This document shows, piece by piece, positions 12,808 through 25,800 of a DNA stretch of 64,000 nt. A program made the position numbers and the translations under genes. The first letter of the stretch is position 1. Each line of letters opens with the position of its first letter. Below the pieces are notes generated by a model that did not search any database, was not told the DNA's origin, and worked only from the letters and a program-made list of their open reading frames with translations. This DNA comes from Eledone cirrhosa (Eukaryota): the NCBI GenBank assembly GCA_964016885.1, contig OZ024742.1:148862001-148926000 (forward strand). The letters run 5' to 3'.

Positions 12808-13345
12808 CAGTCCACCATGTAAGGTGGTCATGCTGGTGACACAACAAAAGCTCCTTGACCATCATGTAAGGTGCTCGTGTTGGTGTCATGACAAAAGAGC
12901 ACCTAGTCATCCCTGTAAGGTGATCATGCTGGTGACATGATAAATAAATACCTAGTCCACCCTGTAAGGTGGTTATATTGGTGGCACGACAGGAAGCACC
13001 CAGTCCACTCTGCAAAGTGGTTGTGTAAGGTGGTCGTGTTAGGGACGCAACAAAAACATCCAACCCAACCTTGGTGACATGACAAAAAGTACCCAGCCCA
13101 CATTGTAAAATGGTCATTTTTGTGATGTGACAAAAGGCACCCAGTCACACTGTAAAGTTGTACTTTGGTGACAATAAAAAGTATCTGGTCCACATTGTGA
13201 ATGTGGTTGGTGTTAGGAAGGGCATCCAGCTGCATACAGTTCTGTATGAGCAAGACATGGTCGTCTGATCTGACTTGATCTCACAATGGGACAACTCATC
13301 TAACCCATGCTAAATGTGGAAAATGGACGTTAAACGATGATCATC
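12808..13345 (+). repeat. ~50-bp degenerate tandem array ending in a SINE 3' part
   Basis: Repeated AGTCCACC.TGTAAGGTGGTC.TGCTGGTG.CA.GA.AAAA.CACC; tail GTTAGGAAGGGCATCCAGC..GGACGTTAAACGATGAT. Confidence 0.7.
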
Positions 13346-13439
13346 ATCTTCACCATATATTAGAAAATCATTTTAGCTGTATTAACTGTATGGATGGATG
13401 TTTTCATTGGGATTATAACTAAATCCACAATGAACAGAT

Positions 13440-14570
13440 TATTCAATAAAGGAAATATTTCAGATTTGAATAAATGTAAGTTTTCAAATCTGTTTGTATA
13501 TTTTACATCAATGCTGTAACAAAGTACTTTTCATGACCATATTTCCTAAGGAAGATACTGCTTATGATTTTCAAATAATTTTGAAAATAATCAAGAATTT
13601 GAAGGGATTTATTTATATAACTTTTTCATTATTAAGCTGCTATTGTGGCAAGCCTCTTGACTCCACAGGTCATCATGGATTGTCTTGCAATCTGAATGCA
13701 TGTTGCTTTGCTCAACATACCAAGTTGATCCTAATTATTACATGGGTCCTGGTTCAAGTCAATATCCCCTCAAATCTGGATTATTCAGTATTAATGAGAA
13801 AAACCAGATGGTCTTACTATTTACCTCTGTCTCATTTGTGGCACCACAGTTAGTGGCTTTTTTTGTTCTTTCCCATATCCTGGAAGCTACAGAAAAGGTG
13901 AGGGTCTCTGCTTCCATAGCCGAACAGAAGAAAATTCTAAAATACCAGGAATTATCAACAAACTATTTTTCAGTCTGTAGCATGACATTTGGGGGAACTG
14001 AGTCACTAACAATGAGGTTCTTGTCATTGTTGGCGGCTCTCCTTGCCGAAATATCAGGTGATGATCACAAGGGTACTTGGTTATTCCAGTGTCTTAACCT
14101 CAAGTGTGATAGCTTGCCTCAAAAACAATTAAAAGGAAATCCCAGTGCCACATGTTGTGGCATGTGATTAAGTGTGCTTGACTTCCCCAAAGCTAGTGTT
14201 TGGAACATGACTCAACAAGGGTCTTACAGATATTTTTTAATCATAAAACCAGAAATCGTTCCAAACAGGTTAATATCAAAAAGTTTAAAACCTTGCTCAA
14301 GAGAGAATTCCTAAGGAATACATTCTTTATTAATTTTACAGAAACAATAAAAAAAATTGGGTTTCCTTTGTTTCTTGATAGATACAGAAATTTGTTTTTT
14401 AGTTGTTTTAGTTCAACAAGTTAGTTTCTGTATATGAAGATGATACATATATAGCATCAAGTATGAATGATTGTGCTGTAAATTGAATTGTATATTATGG
14501 AATTATTTACAATCTTTGTCATTGAATGATGACAGGAAAAGATTTAAGTATCTGTCTAGAGTCGTAGATG
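13440..14570 (+). pseudogene. Second fossil hAT segment (paralog of 5540-5740), with an internal CRE-like fragment
   Basis: 13451-13527 matches 5541-5617; 14457-14570 matches 5630-5740 joined to 8097-8115. Confidence 0.5.
13635..14100 (+). mobile_element. CRE-like non-LTR fragment (zinc knuckle plus RLE domain)
   Basis: CYCGKPLDSTGHHGLSC; AEQKKILKYQEL; GTWLFQCL. Confidence 0.7.
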
Positions 14571-14994
14571 TTTTAGTTTCATTTGAAGTTGTTAGTTTTG
14601 CTGTTTAGTTTTATCAATAATAGTAGAATAATAAAAATATACGAAACAAAGTTTAGTTAAGGATATTCTTTCAGAAAGATATATTCTTTTGATGTTACAA
14701 TATTAAGGTGGATGAAAGGAAGCATGGGGAGAGAGAGGGACGAACACTTACGAAGACCAAGACCCCCAAATCGCTTGGGCAATGCAGCCTGATCGCGGGA
14801 CTCCGGAGAGAGTCTAACATTGACCAGGCACTCGAGTCTCTTGAAGATCAGGTCGTCGAAGCGTTGGAGGCAGGATGGAAATCTGTGAGAGGGGCTGACC
14901 CTGAGCAGATGTTTGTAATCCCATACTAATCCTACTAAAGAAATCTCTGGAAAAATATATCTTATATATAATAAACACTAGAGGATGATGCATT

Positions 14995-15086
14995 ATACAT
15001 ACATACATGCATGTATACATACATACATGCATACATACATACATACTAACATACATACACATCCTCATATACAATATCATCTATAC

Positions 15087-15150
<64 letters not shown>
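14995..15150. repeat. (CATA)n and (CA)n microsatellites
   Basis: Seen directly. Confidence 0.95.
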
Positions 15151-15153
<3 letters not shown>

Positions 15154-15653
15154 CATATTTACCTAGTTGATGTTTAAATTCCAATGAGAGAGTCTTGTAT
15201 CTATGTTAGAAACTGACTCTCTCTATTGGTAAAACTTTATAAAATTATAAAACCAGAAGAACATACATACATACAGACATACAGACAGACAGACAGGCTG
15301 CATCTTGGTTTTGAATTGCCATCCCTTTGCATTTTTCTCATGCATGAGTGACACGAACATGACTTTTAAGCCCTGCCAAGGATTTAGATTCCTTTCTGCA
15401 TATGCTGGAGTGAAAGAAAAAGGAAAAGGTCATGCTCAGGCAACACATATAAAAGTCATTTAGTTCAAGTGATGCCTTTTTAAGTGAAGAAAGACCTTGT
15501 AGTGGACCAATCCCACTCTCTGAACAATGGTGACAAGTATCCAAAAAGAACAGGTCAACATCATTGGCTGCCAACAAGTTGCAGGCTTTACATTAGATTT
15601 CCTTCGTATGTATGTGTGTGTGTAAACACATATGTATATATGTGTGTGTAAAC

Positions 15654-15691
<38 letters not shown>

Positions 15692-15699
15692 TACAATAT

Positions 15700-15942
15700 C
15701 CGCCAGACGTGTAGGTGTCATTACAATAAAACACACAGTCCACGCTGTAATGTGGCCGTGTAGGTAACACGGTAAAAACTTCCCAGTCCACACTGTAAAC
15801 ATGGTTGGTATTAGGAAGGGCATCCAGCTGTAGAAAACCCGCCAGACAGTCCTGAGCAAGACAACCAATCTTGCCTCAAGTGGGACAATTTCCGTCCAGA
15901 CCCATGCTAGCATGGAAAATGGATGTTAAATGATGATGATGT
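15700..15942 (+). mobile_element. SINE 3' part (GTTAGGAAGGGCATCCAGC family) with (GAT)n tail
   Basis: Shared with 13200-13345, 18340-18480 and 53420-53650. Confidence 0.7.
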
Positions 15943-17575
15943 GTGTGTGTGTGTGCATAAGAATGAATGTATATAATAATAAACATGTTAAAGTCAGCTT
16001 CTATGAATTTAACAAGCTAACATAGATAGCATAATATATGTACCTCTTTCATAAATGTTTCAGAAATACCGGTGTAAATATAAATATGATGCAAGTGTAA
16101 TGATTTCAGATAAGACCAGCTTTAATCACAACACCCACCCACACATCCACAAACCTTGATAACTAAAAATTATGTTCAGATTACTGGGATTGTTGATGGA
16201 ATCGATTTGAGCTTACCCTCTGTGGAAGCTTGAATGTTATTTTGACTTGCACCATATCATTACAGATTACTCCTTAAATTTATTCCCTCTCAATCCTTTG
16301 GCTTTTGTTTTTAATATGCAAATAGCTATTTTCGTCATTATACTTGAATGAAAATAGATCTAAATATATTATATAGGTGCAGTCTTAAACAACCCTCAAC
16401 AGTGATGATAAAAGGAGGAGGAGAAGAAAGAGAAGAAGAAGAAATGTCTTTGGGGAACACTGGTCTAGTCCAGAGAAAGCAATCTTTTTATATTCACTCA
16501 AATTTCAGTTCAATTCTAAGAGCTAAAACTAAAGATACAAACACTACAGGGATCAGTATACAATGATTTTATTCAACAAATTTCAATTGGTTTATATAAA
16601 AAGAAAGAGGAAAAAAATGAAGTAGCAAAAGTAAGGGAGACAGTTCATCCCAATGTAGACCGTGTATGTCTATAACATTAGTCGATTACTATATTAGTTG
16701 AGAAAATCATGTAAAGTTCCCCTGGAGGTAGAAAAACATAGACAGGGGATCCTGTAAGGAATCACCAGGTATCCACAATAATAATTGTTTCTGATTTATG
16801 CACACAAAGATTTGAAGGGATGGGTAAGTCAATTAATCTGACCTTTGTACTTGACTGGTACTTTATCGACTCGAGAAGGATAAAAGGCAAAGTTAATCTC
16901 AGCAGGATTTGAACTCAGAACATAAAGAACCAAAACAATTAGAGTAAAGTATTTGTTCTATGCACAAGGCCAATGATTTGGTGAAAATGGGACAACCCTT
17001 GTACTTTGTTTTATCAACCCGCAAAGATGAAAAAGACAATAATAATAGTTTCTAATTTTGACACAAAGCCAGAAATTTTGGGGAAGTCCATTAAATCGAC
17101 CCCAATAATAATGATTTTTTCAACACCAAAAAGAAAACAACAAATGAAGGAAAAGATATAATGTCTCCAGTAGGACTGAAATCAGAAAGATGAGAGGGAA
17201 ATCAAATACTGAAAGGCATGTTAGTCTGATGCATAACAGTTTCTGATGCTCCCACATTAACTACAACATTAATGAAAAATATTATGTGGTCGCTCGACTT
17301 GTTATAAATAGCAGCCAAATCTTCCTCAAATCATACCCTTTCATCTTGAAAAAGGAAAGATACAAGAGTAATGTAGTCTTAGATAAATCATATCCGGGGT
17401 GGAGTGGAGATGAATGCTAAAACGCCTTTGGTCCTAACTCAGCTTGATCAGAACTATATACTAACAACAATCTTAGTTTATTGCACAAACAGAAAACTGG
17501 TTGAATTCTTAAAATCAAACGAGGTTGCAAAATTTAATTATTAACTATTGTTCTTTTGTTTTTCAGGTTTCTATA

Positions 17576-17776
17576 ATGCCAGATTTGAAGAAGTTTATTT
17601 CATGTGACTGCAACACAGATGAGAAAAAAGAAGGGTTTGTTCGTAAGAACGGTTTTCATTCCCCTTACTCCAAAGACCAGATGTTAACTCTTATATTAAT
17701 ATTATACAGCACCATTGTTCTCTTTTCGACTATGCTTCCAGCTGCGACCAAGCCCATTCAAATAGTCGTCACTCCC
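17576..17776 (+). CDS. ZDHHC coding exon 1
   Basis: Acceptor TTTCAG ending at 17566; ATG at 17576; donor GTATCCTTT (U12-type). Confidence 0.85.
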
Positions 17777-19821
17777 GTATCCTTTATTTGTATTTCTTTT
17801 ATGAAAACATTCATACAAAGTATTAAACAGACATGGACAAAAATAACTGTAAAGAACAAATGAAGTATTTATAGAAAGTAGCTATTACATATAGACTATT
17901 TATTTGATGCAACCACATATAGATAAATATAAAAACAAAACACCATCAGCTTGTCTGTTCCTGGCATGGTTAATTTTTTTATTGAAATTATATAAATCAA
18001 TGTGGGAGAAGTCTTTTTTTAACAAATGAATCCACAAAGTTGTTGGCTAGGCCCGAGTCAACTATAACTTAACAGACCTCTAATTAAAAACAATGCAGCC
18101 ATGATCATAGAGTTTTATATATACATATATATATATATATATGGAGGCACATGGCTTAGTGGTTAGAGCATTGGCCTTGCAATCAAAGGTTGTGAGTTCA
18201 ATTCACAGACCAGGTGATGTGCTGTGTCCTTGAGCAAGACACTTTATTTCACATTGCTCCAGTTTACTCAGCTGTAGAAATGAGATGATAGGGTTGGGGT
18301 CCATAGCATTCCACTGCAAAGTGGTTGTGGAGGTGCCACGGCAAAAAAGCACCCAGCACTCACTGTAAATGAGGTTGGTGTTAGGAAGGGCATCCATCTG
18401 TAGAAATCAAGCCAGAATCAGTTCCCGTCCCACCCTTGCAAGCAGGGAAAAAGCGGACGTAAAATGAAATGATGATGATGTGTGTGTTTGTGTTTAGATG
18501 AGTTGATAATACAACCATATAAAGGCAAAGAATATTTCAATGCTCAAATGTGATTTTATAGGCCACATCAAGATAGGTAAAAGACAGTTCAGAATTTAAT
18601 CCAACTGGGAAATTTCCAATCACAGTTGCTTTACAATATTACAGAGTATATATATAAATGAATAAAAATAACGAGAATTAAATAAAATTAAAACATTTAA
18701 TTGATTAATGAACATTTCAATTAACACTGTTGTGTTAATCGAAACGTTCATCAATTAATTAAATGTTTTTGTTTTATTTAATTCTGGTTATTTTTACTCA
18801 TTTATATATATATGTGTGTGTGAGGGGTGTATCTTGAATAAGATAGATGCAGGTTTTGCAGTTAGAGAGACCACACTTTTTGACTGGTGATGTTTGTTTG
18901 CTGTAGCACTAGTAACTAATTTTTTATGGATTTGGGTTGTTTTTTACTATATTTTGAGTGCTTTTTCATTCTTGGGTTTCATCTCAGTAGTGGAATGTTC
19001 TAGTGGATAATGCTGTATGCTTCTGTATATCTTGGGTCGGGTGTTGTCTATTGCTTTAGCACATGTTATTCCATTATCAATTAACATTGTTATGTACTTT
19101 CTTTAAAGTAGTATTCATTCTAATTCTTGGATCTTATAATTCTGAGTTTCCTACTTTGACATAATTGTGCAAATTCTTCTTGCTAGAATAAATGGTGTAT
19201 TTGTTTTTGTGTGTTTTAGGTGGTTTGAAATAAATAACAGGTATTGTCTAGAGTATGTTGGTTCATAGTGGCTGTTGATTTCAATGTTTGTGTCACTTTG
19301 ATGATTAAAAGGTTCAAGAATAGTAGTTGATTTTGATTATATTCAATTGTCGATTATATCAAGCTCAGTTCTTTACTGGTGCTTTATTTTATCGGCCCTG
19401 GAAGGCAGAAAGGCAAAGTTGACCTCAGTGAGATTTGAACTCAGAATGTAAAGGTCAGAGTAAATACTACAATGCAATTGGTCCAATGCTCTAATGATTC
19501 TGCTTATCCTTGTCCCTTGGAGTTTGCTAATAGTTGTTTCTACTTTTGGCACAAGGCTAACAATTACCCAGTATATTACTACTACTTTATTTTATCGACC
19601 CCGTAAGGATGAAAGGCAAAGTTAACCTGAGTGGGATTTGAACTCAGACTGTAAAGGGACATAACTATGCTGGAAAGCATGGTGTCCGGCCCTCTACCGA
19701 TACTGCCAATAATAATGATAAATAATCTTCAGCATGGATAAAGTTTGAAATAATACTTATGTAATATTAACAAGTAAACATTATCTTTTGCACTACAAAT
19801 ACAAGAAATATATTTGGGGAA

Positions 19822-19871
<50 letters not shown>

Positions 19872-22800
19872 CCTTATTGAGAGAGAATCATAAAGTGGAT
19901 GACAAAAAGAGGAGAGGAGATCAAATTGTGATTCAGATAATTAAGTGGATGAAAGTAGTATCCAATATGTAGTACAAATATATAATGTTAGAGATTAATA
20001 TTTTTTTCTTTGGCAAGTATAAGACATAAAACAATTCTATGAGATCATTAGCAGAAATATGATCTCACCAGACCTTTTGAAGTTTTAATAACTGAATCAT
20101 TGAGTTAAAATACATTGGATATTTTTCAGTGTTGAAATAAAGGAACTGTTATGAAATTTAAACATTCTTATTCACATGATAAAAATAGTTAAGTATGTGA
20201 AAAACAATATTGAATGCATCAGATGTACACCTACTTCTTTGCTTGGGTGGTATCTTTAACCAACTGATTGAATAAGAGGGTCCTCTTGTGACACACCAAG
20301 CCTCTTTTGTTCACACAATTTAACAGCTGAAATGGAAACTACTGATCTGACAGTCTCTACTCCATTTCAATGTCCTTGGTTTGCTCAGGGAGTTCTCTGA
20401 ATTTGGATGAAACAATATTTAATACATCAGATTTCAGTTAATCCCTTTTTCACAGCTGTGAGTTTGTGCCTCATGTATCTTCATTACCTTTACAATTGTA
20501 TTTGTATGTTTAAATTTTGTTTTGTTGTTATTGCTTTGTGTTTGTTTTGTTGTATTTTTCTTAACTGTTTTCAGCTGTTTGTATTATCTTTTGGGGTGTT
20601 TCTTGGAAGTTTTCTAACTGTTACATACATAGATCCTGTAGAAGACAATGTGCAAAAGCGACTGACTTTATCAGGAGCCAATATAACATACTGCGACAAA
20701 TGTACTGCATTTGTGTAAGTACTTATTGTATAAATATATTATTTAATGAAACTATCTAAATCTGAAGTGGTGATACTTTAAAATATATTCCATTGTGTAT
20801 TCCAGTTTTTAGAATAGGTACACTATATATCTGCATGTTGTATGCAACAACTAAAAGGCATATGTGGAAAGACATACATGATTCTGAAGAAAAATCAAGA
20901 ACTTTGATGGGTGTCTGTGAGTGGCTAAAAAGTTGAAGTATGGTAGATTTTCAGATGGCATGAATGAATTTATGGATTTTCTTTTTTGTCAATTTAATTT
21001 AGATTTCATAGTTTATATACATAAATATATTTATTTTAATAGTATAAATGAAGTATTGTGTGTACTGTGTGTTAAATCAACTGCTACTTATTTTAACAAC
21101 AGTTAAAGTTTAGACGGGGGATCAAGCCAATTCCATCTCCATGTATTGGTCTCTGAGAAAGGGTTATAATGCTTGGCTAATGAAGCTCTGTGTGAAAAAA
21201 AATGTCGATGAATGATTATGATATATCTAGATACATACACGTTTGTGCATACACATATGTCATAATTCTTCATCACATATTAGCCAACCATCAGACATAA
21301 TGTGGCATGAAAAGAAAGAAAGTTTAGAAGAAGCATTCTGGAGAGATTTAACACAAAACATAAAGAGAAGACTAAATAATTGTTTCTACTTGTGGCACAA
21401 GGCCAGCAATTACCCAGTACATTACTGGTACTTTATTTTATCGACCCTGTAAGGATGAAAGGCAAAGTTGACCTCGGCGGGATTTGAACTCAGAATGGAA
21501 AGACTAAATAATGTATGATAATTTTGAGTGATACTTTACTTCAATCTGATAAATAAATTATGTGAGCTAACACGCTATAAGACATTTTGTCTCGCATTAC
21601 CATTTCTGACAACTTGTCATCATTCAGATTGGTAGTATTGATAGAACATTGAACACTGTGCTTTGCAGCATAGAGTTATGGCCCTTTATGTTCTGAGTTC
21701 AAATCCTGCCAAGGTTAGCTTTGCCTTTCATCGTTATGGGGTTGATAAAATAAAGCGCCACTAATGCACTGGGGTCAAATTGATTGACTTTCCCCACTCC
21801 CCAAATTGCTGGCCTTGTGCCTTTAGTAGAAATCATTATATACATAAATATTTTATTACAATTAACATACAACTAATAAGAATGGACCTCTGTTGATTTT
21901 GATCAACAGAACAGCCTGCTCATGAAATTAACATGTAAGTGGCTGAGTATTCCACAAACACGTGTACTGTTGACATAATTCTCGGGAAGATTCAGCATGG
22001 CACAGTGTGTGACAAAGCTGGTCCTTAGAATTACAGCCAACCGAGAGGCTCCAAACAGTTTCAGCTCACCTAATTTGATTCACAAGGCATGGATTGACTT
22101 GTGACTATGATAAATGTCACTTGTCCAAGATTCCACAAAGTGGGATTGGTCCCAGGACCTAATGATTACATAGCGAACTCCTTACCATTCAAATATGCTG
22201 CATCTACAACATGATAGCTATTTAAAAATACTGACAACATTCCTCTGCATCTTACAGATACAATTGGATATTATCAGTAACCAGATTGTAGTTGCATGAC
22301 AATATTTTAATCGTGTATGTTGTTGAGCCTCTATCATTTCCAACACTGAGTGCTTTAGTTGATTCAACTAATAAAACTGCTTGTGAAATTAAAGTGAAAT
22401 TAAAGTGAAATTAAAATGAAAGTCTGCTTGTGAAATTAAAGTGAAAGTAACTGAGCATTCTACAGATATGCGCACCATTAACATAGTTCTCAGGGAGATT
22501 TGGTGTGACATGGCTGGCCCCTTGAATTACAGGTGAAACTCCTTTTTGCCAGCTGAGTTGACTAGTGCAATGTGAAATAAAGCATTTTGTTTAAGGACAC
22601 AATGCATTGCCCAGTTCAGATACCGAACTTATGACCTTACAATCATGATCCCAGTGCCCTTACATGCCTTCATGTATTAGCATATGATACCATTACAAAA
22701 TAAAACAAAAGTAAATATTAGAGTATAAGTGTATTTTAAAAGGTTATCATGATCCCTCCACTAAGAAAACTGTTTCAGTCTCAACACTCTCTTTTGAAAA

Positions 22801-25800
22801 AAAAAATCATTTACCAAACAAGTAAAAATCTTGAATATATTTAATTTTATTGTCACTAGTCTTAAACTAAAACTATACTTTTGGATCAAAATTCCTGAAA
22901 CCATTTTTTAAAAAAGACCCATACAACAGTGAGCCAATTGGCTCATGTTGTTCATCATCATTATTATTATCATCATTATTGTTTAACATCTGTTTTCCCT
23001 GTTAAGAAGGGTTGAACATATTGTCATAGACCGGTCAGTACTCAAATGTAGCCTCTGAACTCTGGTGGACTGGGAGCCTGATATATGATCACGTCTTCTA
23101 CTGAGTGTATTTTATCATGGCACCAACACCAGAAAAGTTACCAGGTCTTTGGCATAGCTGAAGAGTTTTCCCGATCCTTTGTTTGGCAGGTTTTCTATAG
23201 CTGGATTCCTTTCTTACCACCAACCACTTTACAGAGTGTAGTGAGTAATTCTTTATCATGTAGATCACCAACACTAGGGAAGTTGTTATTTCTATGGCAC
23301 AGCTGAAGAGTCCTTCCAATCCCTCAAAGCAATTTATGATATCAGCTTCACCTTTGTGAAAACTATTTTCTTTCTTTCTGGTTGTTACATGTATCATACA
23401 AACTATTCACATTCCGTTAATACCTTTGTATTGCAGCCATTCAGATTCCAAACATTGTAATGACTGCAATAAGTGTATATCAGAATTTGACCATCATTGT
23501 CCATGGTTAAATAACTGCATAGGAAAGAAGAATATGACGTAAGTTAAGATATATTTATAATAGGAATTAACTGAGATAGTATTATATATATTTAAAATCT
23601 TATAGATGCCTTCAGAGTATAACAGCAGGTCAATTCGATAGATCAATGATATAGAGGCAGAAAAGTAACAATAGACTATGTCTTATATCATAAATACCAT
23701 ATTTAATCTAGTAGATTGTATAGGTTGTTGTTATATAACTTGGGAAGGTACTGTATAGAGATCACTATAGTAAACATCTACAAATACTACATAATTGATA
23801 AGTGATTCATTTGTATGAACTGCACTAATATATTCTGAGTTGTATTCTAACAAACTAATAATGGGTTATATTATTACAGGATTATGTAAAATATTTAAAG
23901 AAACGTATCAATTTGCTCATAGTTGGAGTCAATGATACAACAATTGTATCACCATTTAACCCTTGATATCCTGTACTGCATGAAAACATATTAGCAAGAC
24001 AGTCTTGAAAAGTACAAAACACTCTGACATCATTATAATAATAATAATAATGAAATTATTGTGTACAGTGCTCAGGTGCACTACAACTCATCAAAGGTGC
24101 ATGTATAGTACATAGAATAATGTAATGTACAAATGTCAGGAAAATGAACAGTGTATGAGTCATGATATAATAACAATAACAATAATGAAATATTGTGTAC
24201 AGTGCCCAGGTGCACCACAACGCCCAGGTGCACCACAACATCGTTTTTGTCCACTTTTCCATGCTGGTCAGGACTTTTTGAAGCTGTGTTTTACTTACTT
24301 CTGACAGCACATAGAGATATGGTGTACCTATTCTAAAAACCTGGTTGCACATGGTATATTTCAGAATTAGATTCAAATTTATAACTGCCAATAGTATGCT
24401 TTTTAATGTAATTTAAAAACTTCTCTACAAGACATTTCTCTTTATTTCTATCAGTTTATCATTTTTTTGTTTTTTTTTATACGTACCATTTAGTTATTAT
24501 TTAACTCCAGATTACCACATGACTATTCCATCTTTTTCTCAAGCATTGTGTATTATGAACTACAATATCCAACAGATCCTTGCTTATCCAAAGTGGTAGG
24601 GTGTAGATCATCATCATCATCATCATTTTACATCTACTTTTTCATGCTTTCATGGGTTGGGTGGTTTTTTCAGTATAGCAACATTCCACTTATTGCCTTC
24701 CTTTGACATCTCCTCTGTGAGCTTCAGTGATTTGAAATCAGCTCTCCCTTCCTCTGCTCAGGTCTTCCTCTACTGTGCCTTCCTTCCACTGGGATATTTT
24801 GACACTTCTTCACCCAGAGATCATCATCCATGCACATCACATGTCCATATCAGCCCAGTCTTCTCTCTTACACACTACATCTGATTCCTCTTATACCCAG
24901 TTTTTCCCTCAGTTCATCCATGCTTTATCATTCATTCACATCAATATTACATATCCATCGAAACATGCTCACTTTATTTCTCTGCAACTTTTGCATATCT
25001 TCAGCATTCATTGCCGATATCGCATACCATGCAGCATCGCCCCATACAGCCAGCCTTTTATTTGTAGGGAGAAACCTTTTTGTTGTCAACAGAGGTAGTA
25101 GCTCCCTAAACTTCTTCCATCAAGTCTTTATTCTAGCTACATGTTTAAAAATTATTCTTATGTATAAAAATAGTTGTGTTACTTGTTTTTTTTGTTTTTT
25201 TACATTGGGTGCTAAAGTGCACTCCTGCAACAATTTCAAATAAATCTGTATCACCCTCTGGAAATTTACCATTGAATAAGTGTTTTTGTAGAGTATCATA
25301 ATGGCTTTTACTGTTTAATTTGGTATGCCATAGGCTAGCAATATTTCTTCCATTTTACCTCTATATCTTCATCATTGGCTTGAATTACATTCTCAGAACT
25401 TCTGTCAATACCATTAAAGACAATGGATTCACACTACATCTATGAAGGAGTAATAGATATCCTGCCACAAAAGTCACAGATGCAGATTATGCTGCTGATT
25501 TAGTGCTACTCTTCAATCTAATAAGCCAAGCAGAAAGCCTTCTCCATAGTCTTGAACATTCAGTCAAAGGTATTGGTCTCCATACAAACCAGAATACACA
25601 AGCTTAAATCAAGTATCCAGCACACCTCTCAACTGTGTAGAAGAATTTACTTATCTGGGTAGTAAAGTCTCTAACTGTGAAACCGATGTAAACACATGCG
25701 TTAGTTAGGCCTGAGGGACCAACAACATTATCTTTAGTATGGAAATCTAGGATTCCAGACATGAAAAAGAGTTATTTCAAGCAACTGTTAGCTCTGTTCT

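Noticed and set aside
12808-13200. Periodic repeats as CRISPR or a coding repeat protein
   Set aside because: Degenerate tandem units of a SINE body; the ORFs have no domain signature
18143-18215. tRNA gene
   Set aside because: The tRNA-like head continues into a SINE body and the cloverleaf is degenerate
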